64,000 bases of DNA, from assembly GCA_964016885.1 (NCBI GenBank), contig OZ024741.1, forward strand, positions 263,252,001 through 263,316,000, read 5' to 3'. A program made the position numbers and the translations under genes. The number at the start of each line of letters is the position of its first letter. The stretch's first letter is position 1. Below, in pieces: positions 57,160-64,000 of this stretch. Below the pieces are notes generated by a model. It had not been told where the DNA came from. It did no database searches and saw nothing but the letters and a program-made list of their open reading frames with translations. Source of the DNA: Eledone cirrhosa (taxonomy: Eukaryota).

Positions 57160-60100
57160 TGTGTAGTGATATAGTGTTATGACCTGCTACATGATTTGGA
57201 GTGGGTGAATGTGGACTGTGTAGTGATATAGTGTTATGACCTACTACATGATTTGGAGTGGGTGAATGTGGACTGTGTAGTGATATAGTGTTATGACCTA
57301 CTACATGATTTGGAGTGGGTGAATGTGGACTGTGTAGTGATATAGTATTATGATCTGTCACATGATTTGGAGTGGGTGAATGTGGACTGTGTAGTGATAT
57401 AGTATTATGACCTGCTACATGATTTGGAGTGGGTGAATGTGGACTGTGTAGTGATATAGTATTTTGACCTTCACGTGATTTGGAGTGGGTGAATGTGGAC
57501 TGTGTAGTGATATAGTGTTTTGACCTGCTACATGATTTGGAGTGGGTGAATGTGGACTGTGTAGTGATATAGTGTTATGACCTTCACGTGATTTGGAGTG
57601 GGTGAATGTGGACTGTGTAGTGATATAGTATTATGACCTGCTACATGATTTGGAGTGGGTGAATGTGGACTGTGTAGTGATATAGTGTTATGACCTGCTA
57701 CATAATTTGGAGTGGGTGAATGTGGACTGTGTAGTGATATAGTATTATGACCTGACACATGATTTGGAGTGGGTGAATGTGGACTGTGTAGTGATATAGT
57801 GTTATGACCTTCACGTGATTTGGAGTGGGTGAATGTGGACTGTGTAGTGATATAGTATTATGACCTGCTACATGATTTGGAGTGGGTGAATGTGGACTGT
57901 GTAGTGATATAGTGTTATGACCTGCTACATGATTTGGAGTTGGTGAATGTGGACTGTGTAGTGATATAGTATTATGACCTGACACATGATTTGGAGTGGG
58001 TGAATGTGGACTGTGTAGTGATATAGTGTTATGACCTTCACGTGATTTGGAGTGGGTGAATGTGGACTGTGTAGTGATATAGTGTTATGACCTACTACAT
58101 GATTTGGAGTGGGTGAATGTGGACTGTGTTAGTGATATTATATTATGACCTGCTACATGATTTCGAGTGGGTGAATGTGGACTGTGTAGTGATATAGTGT
58201 TATGACCTACTACATGATTTGGAGTGGGTGAATGTGGACTGTGTAGTGATATAGTGTTATGACCTGCTACATGATTTGGAGTGGGTGAATGTGGACTGTG
58301 TAGTGATATAGTGTTATGACCTGCTACATGATTTGGAGTGGGTGAATGTGGACTGTGTAGTGATATAGTATTATGACCTGCTACATGATTTGGAGTGGGT
58401 GAATGTGGACTGTGTAGTGATATAGTATTATGACCTGCTACATGATTTGGAGTGGGTGAATGTGGACTGTGTAGTGATATAGTGTTATGACCTTCACGTG
58501 ATTTGGAGTGGGTGAATGTGGACCGTGTAGTGATATAGTATTATGACCTGCTACACGATTTGGAGTGGGTGAATGTGGAGTGTGTAGTGATATAGTGTTA
58601 TGACCTGCAACATGATTTGGAGTGGGTGAATGTGGACTGTGTAGTGATATAGTATTATGACCTGCTACATGATTTGGAGTGGGTGAATGTGGACTGTGTA
58701 GTGCTATAGTATTATGACCTGCTACATGATTTGGAGTGGGTGAATGTGGAATGTGTAGTGATATAGTGTTTTGACCTGCTACATGATTTGGAGTGGGTGA
58801 ATGTGGACTGTGTAGTGATATAGTATTATGACCTTCACGTGATTTGGAGTGGGTGAATGTGGACTGTGTAGTGATATAGTGTTATGACCTGCTACATGAT
58901 TTGGAGTGGGTGAATGTGGACTGTGTAGTGATATAATATTATGACCTGTCACGTGATTTGGAGTGGGTGAATGTGGACTGTGTAGTGATATAGTATTATG
59001 ACCTGACACATGATTTGGAGTGGGTGAATGTGGACTGTGTAGTGATATAGTGTTATGACCTACTACATGATTTGGAGTGGGTGAATGTGAACTGTGTAGT
59101 GATATAGTATTATGACCTGCTACATGATTTGGAGTGGGTGAATGTGGACTGTGTAGTGATATAGTGTTATGACCTACTACATGATTTGGAGTGGGTGAAT
59201 GTGGACTGTGTAATCATATAGTATTATGACCTGCTACATGATTTGGAGTGGGTGAATGTGGACTGTGTAGTGATATAGTGTTATGACCTACTACATGATT
59301 TGGAGTGGGTGAATGTGGACTGTGTAGTGATATAGTGTTATGACCTACTACATGATTTGGAGTGGGTTAATGTGGACTGTGTAGTGATATAGTGTTATGA
59401 CCTACTACATGATTTGGAGTGGGTGAATGTGGACTGTGTATTGATATAGTATTATGACCTCCTACATGATTTGGAGTGGGTGAATGTGGACTGTGTAGTG
59501 ATATAGTATTATGACCTGTCACATGATTTGGAGTGGGTGAATGTGGACTGTGTAGTGATATAGTATTATGACCTGCTACATGATTTGGAGTGGGTGAATG
59601 TGGACTGTGTAGTGATATAGTGTTATGACCTACTACATGATTTGGAGTGGGTGAATGTGGACTGTGTAGTGATATAGTATTATGACCTGCAACATGATTT
59701 GGAGTGGGTGAATGTGGCCTGTGTAGTGATATAGTGTTATGACCTACTACATGATTTGGAGTGGGTGAATGTGGACTGTGTAATGATATAGTATTATGAC
59801 CTTCACGTGATTTGGAGTGGATGAATGTGGACTATGTAGTGATATAGTGTTTTAACCTGCTACATGATTTGGAGTGGTTGAATGTGGACTGTGTTGTGAT
59901 ATAGTGTTATGACCTTCACGTGATTTGGAGTGGGTGAATGTGGACTGTGTAGTGATATAGTATTATGACCTGCTACATGATTTGGAGTGGGTGAATGTGG
60001 ACTGTGTAGTGATATAGTGTTATGACCTACTACATGATTTGGAGTGGGTGAATGTGGACTGTGTAGTGATATAGTATTATGACCTGCTACATGATTTTGA

Positions 60101-63100
60101 GTGGGTGAATGTGGACTGTGTAGTGATACAGTATTATGACCTTCACGTGATTTGGAGTGGGTGAATGTGAACTGTGTAGTGATATAGTGTTTTGACCTGC
60201 TACATGATTTGGAGTGGGTGAATGTGGACTGTGTAGTGATATAGTGTTATGACCTTCACGTGATTTGGAGTGGGTGAATGTGGACTGTGTAGTGATATAG
60301 TATTATGACCTGCTACATGATTTGGAGTGGGTGAATGTGGACTGTGTAGTGATATAGTGTTTTGACCTGCTACATGATTTGGAGTGGGTGAATGTGGACT
60401 GTGTAGTGATATAGTATTATGACCTTCACGTGATTTGGAGTGGGTGAATGTGGACTCTGTAGTGATATAGTGTTATGACCTACTACATGATTTGGAGTGG
60501 GTGAATGTGGACTGTGTAGTGATATAGTATTATGATCTGACACATGATTTGGAGTGGGTGAATGTGGACTGTGTAGTGATATAGTATTATGACCTGTCAC
60601 GTTATTTGAAGTGGGTGAATGTGGACTGTGTTATGATATAGTATTATGACCTGCTACATGATTTGGAGTGGGTGAATGTGGACTGTGTAGTGATATAGTA
60701 TTATGACCTGCTACATGATTTGGAGTGGGTGAATGTGGACTGTGTAGTGATATAGTGTTTTGACCTGCTACATGATTTGGAGTGGGTGAATGTGGACTGT
60801 GTAGTGATATAGTATTATGAGCTTCACGTGATTTGGAGTGGGTGAATGTGGACTGTGTAGTGATATAGTATTATGACCTGCTACGTGATTTGCAGTGGGT
60901 GAATGTGGACTGTGTAGTGATATAGTATTATGACCTTCACGTGATTTGGAGTGGGTGAATGTGGACTGTGTAGTGATATAGTGTTATGACCTGCTACATG
61001 ATTTGGAGTGGGTGAATGTGGACTGTGTAGTGATATAGTATTATGACCTGTCACGTGATTTGGAGTGGGTGAATGTGGACTGTGTAGTGATATAGTATTA
61101 TGACCTGACACATGATTTGGAGTGGGTGAATGTGGACTGTGTAGTGATATAGTGTTATGACCTACTACATGATTTGGAGTGGGTGAATGTGAACTGTGTA
61201 GTGATATAGTATTATGACCTGCTACATGATTTGGAGTGGGTGAATGTGGACTGTGTAGTGATATAGTGTTATGACCTACTACATGATTTGGAGTGGGTGA
61301 ATGTGGACTGTGTAGTGATATAGTATTATGACCTGCTACATGATTTGGAGTGGGTGAATGTGGACTGTGTAGTGATATACTATTATGACCTGCTACATGA
61401 TTTGGAGTGGGTGAATGTGGACTGTGTAGTGATATAGTGTTATGACCTACTACATGATTTGGAGTGGGTGAATGTGGACTGTGTAGTGATATAGTGTTAT
61501 GACCTACTACATGATTTGGAGTGGGTTAATGTGGACTGTGTAGTGATATAGTGTTATGACCTACTACATGATTTGGAGTGGGTGAATGTGGACTGTGTAT
61601 TGATATAGTATTATGACCTCCTACATGATTTGGAGTGGGTGAATGTGGACTGTGTAGTGATATAGTATTATGACCTGTCACATGATTTGGAGTGGGTGAA
61701 TGTGGACTGTGTAGTGATATAGTATTATGACCTGCTACATGATTTGGAGTGGGTGAATGTGGACTGTGTAGTGATATAGTGTTATGACCTACAACATGAT
61801 TTGGAGTGGGTGAATGTGGACTGTGTAGTGATATAGTATTATGACCTGCAACATGATTTGGAGTGGGTGAATGTGGCCTGTGTAGTGATATAGTGTTATG
61901 ACCTACTACATGATTTGGAGTGGGTGAATGTGGACTGTGTAGTGATATAGTATTATGACCTTCACGTGATTTGGAGTGGGTGAATGTGGACTGTGTAGTG
62001 ATATAGTGTTTTAACCTGCTACATGATTTGGAGTGGGTGAATGTGGACTGTGTAGTGATATAGTGTTATGACCTTCACGTGATTTGGAGTGGGTGAATGT
62101 GGACTGTGTAGTGATATAGTATTATGACCTGCTACATGATTTGGAGTGGGTGAATGTGGACTGTGTAGTGATATAGTGTTATGACCTACTACATGATTTG
62201 GAGTGGGTGAATGTGGACTGTGTAGTGATATAGTATTATGACCTGCTACATGATTTGGAGTGGGTGAATGTGGACTGTGTAGTGATATAGTATTATGACC
62301 TTCACGTGATTTGGAGTGGGTGAATGTGAACTGTGTAGTGATATAGTGTTTTGACCTGCTACATGATTTGGAGTGGGTGAATGTGGACTGTGTAGTGATA
62401 TAGTGTTATGACCTTCACGTGATTTGGAGTGGGTGAATGTGGACTGTGTTATGATATAGTATTATGACCTGCTACATGATTTGGAGTGGGTGAATGTGGA
62501 CTGTGTAGTGATATAGTGTTTTGACCTGCTACATGATTTGGAGTGGGTGAATGTGGACTGTGTAGTGATATAGTATTATGACCTTCACGTGATTTGGAGT
62601 GGGTGAATGTGGACTGTGTAGTGATATAGTGTTATGACCTACTACATGATTTGGAGTGGGTGAATGTGGACTGTGTAGTGATATAATATTATGATCTGAC
62701 ACATGATTTGGAGTGGGTGAATGTGGACTGTGTAGTGATATAGTATTATGACCTGTCACGTTATTTGAAGTGGGTGAATGTGGACTGTGTAGTGATATAG
62801 TATTATGACCTGCTACATGATTTGGAGTGGGTGAATGTGGACTGTGTAGTGATATAGTGTTATGACCTACTACATGATTTGGAGTGGGTGAATGTGGACT
62901 GTGTAGTGATATAGTGTTATGACCTACTACATGATTTGGAGTGGGTGAATGTGGACTGTGTAGTGATATAGTATTATGATCTGTCACATGATTTGGAGTG
63001 GGTGAATGTGGACTGTGTAGTGATATAGTATTATGACCTGCTACATGATTTGGAGTGGGTGAATGTGGACTGTGTAGTGATATAGTATTTTGACCTTCAC

Positions 63101-64000
63101 GTGATTTGGAGTGGGTGAATGTGGACTGTGTAGTGATATAGTGTTTTGACCTGCTACATGATTTGGAGTGGGTGAATGTGGACTGTGTAGTGATATAGTG
63201 TTATGACCTTCACGTGATTTGGAGTGGGTGAATGTGGACTGTGTAGTGATATAGTATTATGACCTGCTACATGATTTGGAGTGGGTGAATGTGGACTGTG
63301 TAGTGATATAGTGTTATGACCTGCTACATAATTTGGAGTGGGTGAATGTGGACTGTGTAGTGATATAGTATTATGACCTGACACATGATTTGGAGTGGGT
63401 GAATGTGGACTGTGTAGTGATATAGTGTTATGACCTTCACGTGATTTGGAGTGGGTGAATGTGGACTGTGTAGTGATATAGTATTATGACCTGCTACATG
63501 ATTTGGAGTGGGTGAATGTGGACTGTGTAGTGATATAGTGTTATGACCTGCTACATGATTTGGAGTTGGTGAATGTGGACTGTGTAGTGATATAGTATTA
63601 TGACCTGACACATGATTTGGAGTGGGTGAATGTGGACTGTGTAGTGATATAGTGTTATGACCTTCACGTGATTTGGAGTGGGTGAATGTGGACTGTGTAG
63701 TGATATAGTGTTATGACCTACTACATGATTTGGAGTGGGTGAATGTGGACTGTGTTAGTGATATTATATTATGACCTGCTACATGATTTCGAGTGGGTGA
63801 ATGTGGACTGTGTAGTGATATAGTGTTATGACCTACTACATGATTTGGAGTGGGTGAATGTGGACTGTGTAGTGATATAGTGTTATGACCTGCTACATGA
63901 TTTGGAGTGGGTGAATGTGGACTGTGTAGTGATATAGTGTTATGACCTGCTACATGATTTGGAGTGGGTGAATGTGGACTGTGTAGTGATATAGTATTAT
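57160..64000. repeat. Block ~57160-58374 repeated at ~62790-64000 (offset 5626 bp), running off the window end
   Basis: ORFs 57528/63154 and 57698/63324 are offset by 5626. The distinctive 58-bp monomer GGACTGTGTTAGTGATATTATATTATGAC followed by GATTTCGAG is at 58121 and 63747. Confidence 0.88.
58800..62780. repeat. Diverged ~2.1-kb tandem duplication (offset 2102 then 2159 bp)
   Basis: ORF ends 59009/61111 are offset by 2102. CCTCCTAC at 59458/61617 and GTGGCCTGTG at ~59714/61873 are offset by 2159. Multiple point differences are present. Confidence 0.78.

Larger units (their letters stand above)
1..64000. repeat. Tandem satellite/minisatellite array, 57-bp monomer, about 1,125 head-to-tail copies, extending beyond both window edges
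   Basis: The unit ATGATTTGGAGTGGGTGAATGTGGACTGTGTAGTGATATAGTATTATGACCTGCTAC (57 nt: A14 C5 G18 T20) recurs with minor variants on every line in the same orientation. Length variants are 56 bp (GACCTTCACGTG, common), 54 bp (three kinds of 3-bp deletion, left part only) and rare 58 bp. Copy number is estimated as window length divided by ~56.8. Confidence 0.99.

Noticed and set aside
256-63611. The minus-strand ORFs (70-380 aa) as protein-coding genes
   Set aside because: All are the same 19-aa repeat. They start at internal GTG codons, and most end where a 56-bp monomer shifts frame into a stop. There is no unique N- or C-terminal domain, and frameshift and nonsense variants are freely propagated.
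1-64000. CRISPR array (constant repeat plus variable spacer)
   Set aside because: The variable part is only 6-7 bp and drawn from a few related, reused alleles rather than unique ~30-bp spacers. There is no leader or cas gene in the window.
1-64000. C2H2 zinc-finger, TALE-like or PRDM9-like coding array with a specificity residue
   Set aside because: The period is 57 bp rather than 84 or 102 bp, the open frame has no Cys pair or TGEKP linker, and the frame is not maintained.
1-64000. Telomerase-made telomeric repeat (TG1-3-like GTGGGTG and TGTGG words)
   Set aside because: The similarity is limited to short words within a 57-bp unit. Multi-kb blocks with shared private variants indicate recombinational duplication, not templated synthesis.
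1-64000. Canonical G-quadruplex array
   Set aside because: Each monomer has only one GGG and two GG runs, followed by a gap of about 40 nt, so the four closely spaced G3 tracts are absent.
1-64000. A single fixed-period higher-order repeat as in alpha satellite
   Set aside because: Observed block periods differ (11, 20, 27, 43, 56, 63 monomers) and each occurs as only about two tandem copies.
1-64000. Tandem structured RNA genes (tRNA, 5S, snRNA, hammerhead, miRNA hairpins)
   Set aside because: I recognise no such motif, and the monomer lacks extended self-complementarity beyond the 8-bp TCACGTGA palindrome. An Rfam/Infernal search would be the formal test.
1-64000. Integron cassettes, diversity-generating retroelement or invertible-segment system explaining the variable slot
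   Set aside because: There is no recombinase or reverse transcriptase gene, no inverted repeats flanking the slot and no adenine-specific variation. Allele order is faithfully copied in duplicated blocks.

Overview
The whole 64 kb window is one uninterrupted, head-to-tail tandem array (satellite or very long minisatellite) of a 57-bp monomer, about 1,125 copies by length estimate. The + strand consensus is ATGATTTGGAGTGGGTGAATGTGGACTGTGTAGTGATATAGT(A/G)TTATGAC-CTGCTAC (40% GC, 67% G+T). I see no unique sequence, array boundary, inversion, credible gene, RNA gene, transposon or CRISPR locus. All listed ORFs are translations of the repeat: 57 bp is 19 codons and one minus-strand frame is stop-free, but recurrent 56-bp monomers and a recurrent nonsense variant break it. 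The informative structure lies in the variants. (i) A ~50-bp near-invariant core is followed by one polymorphic 6-7 bp slot with a small reused set of alleles (CTGCTAC, CTACTAC, CTGTCAC, CTGACAC, CTTCTAC, CTTCAC+G), which creates or removes an E-box and the main CpG. (ii) There are nested near-perfect multi-monomer duplications (periods 626, 1137, 1537, 2435, 3177, 3586 bp) and longer-range or more diverged block copies (offsets 796/853, 2101, 2102/2159, 5007, 5626, 8593, 11293 bp). (iii) Diagnostic variants switch at about 19-21 kb, defining sub-domains. The array is probably eukaryotic, but I cannot name the family or organism. I found no evidence for a new gene-encoded system; the functional ideas below are hypotheses. 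All coordinates and counts were made by eye.
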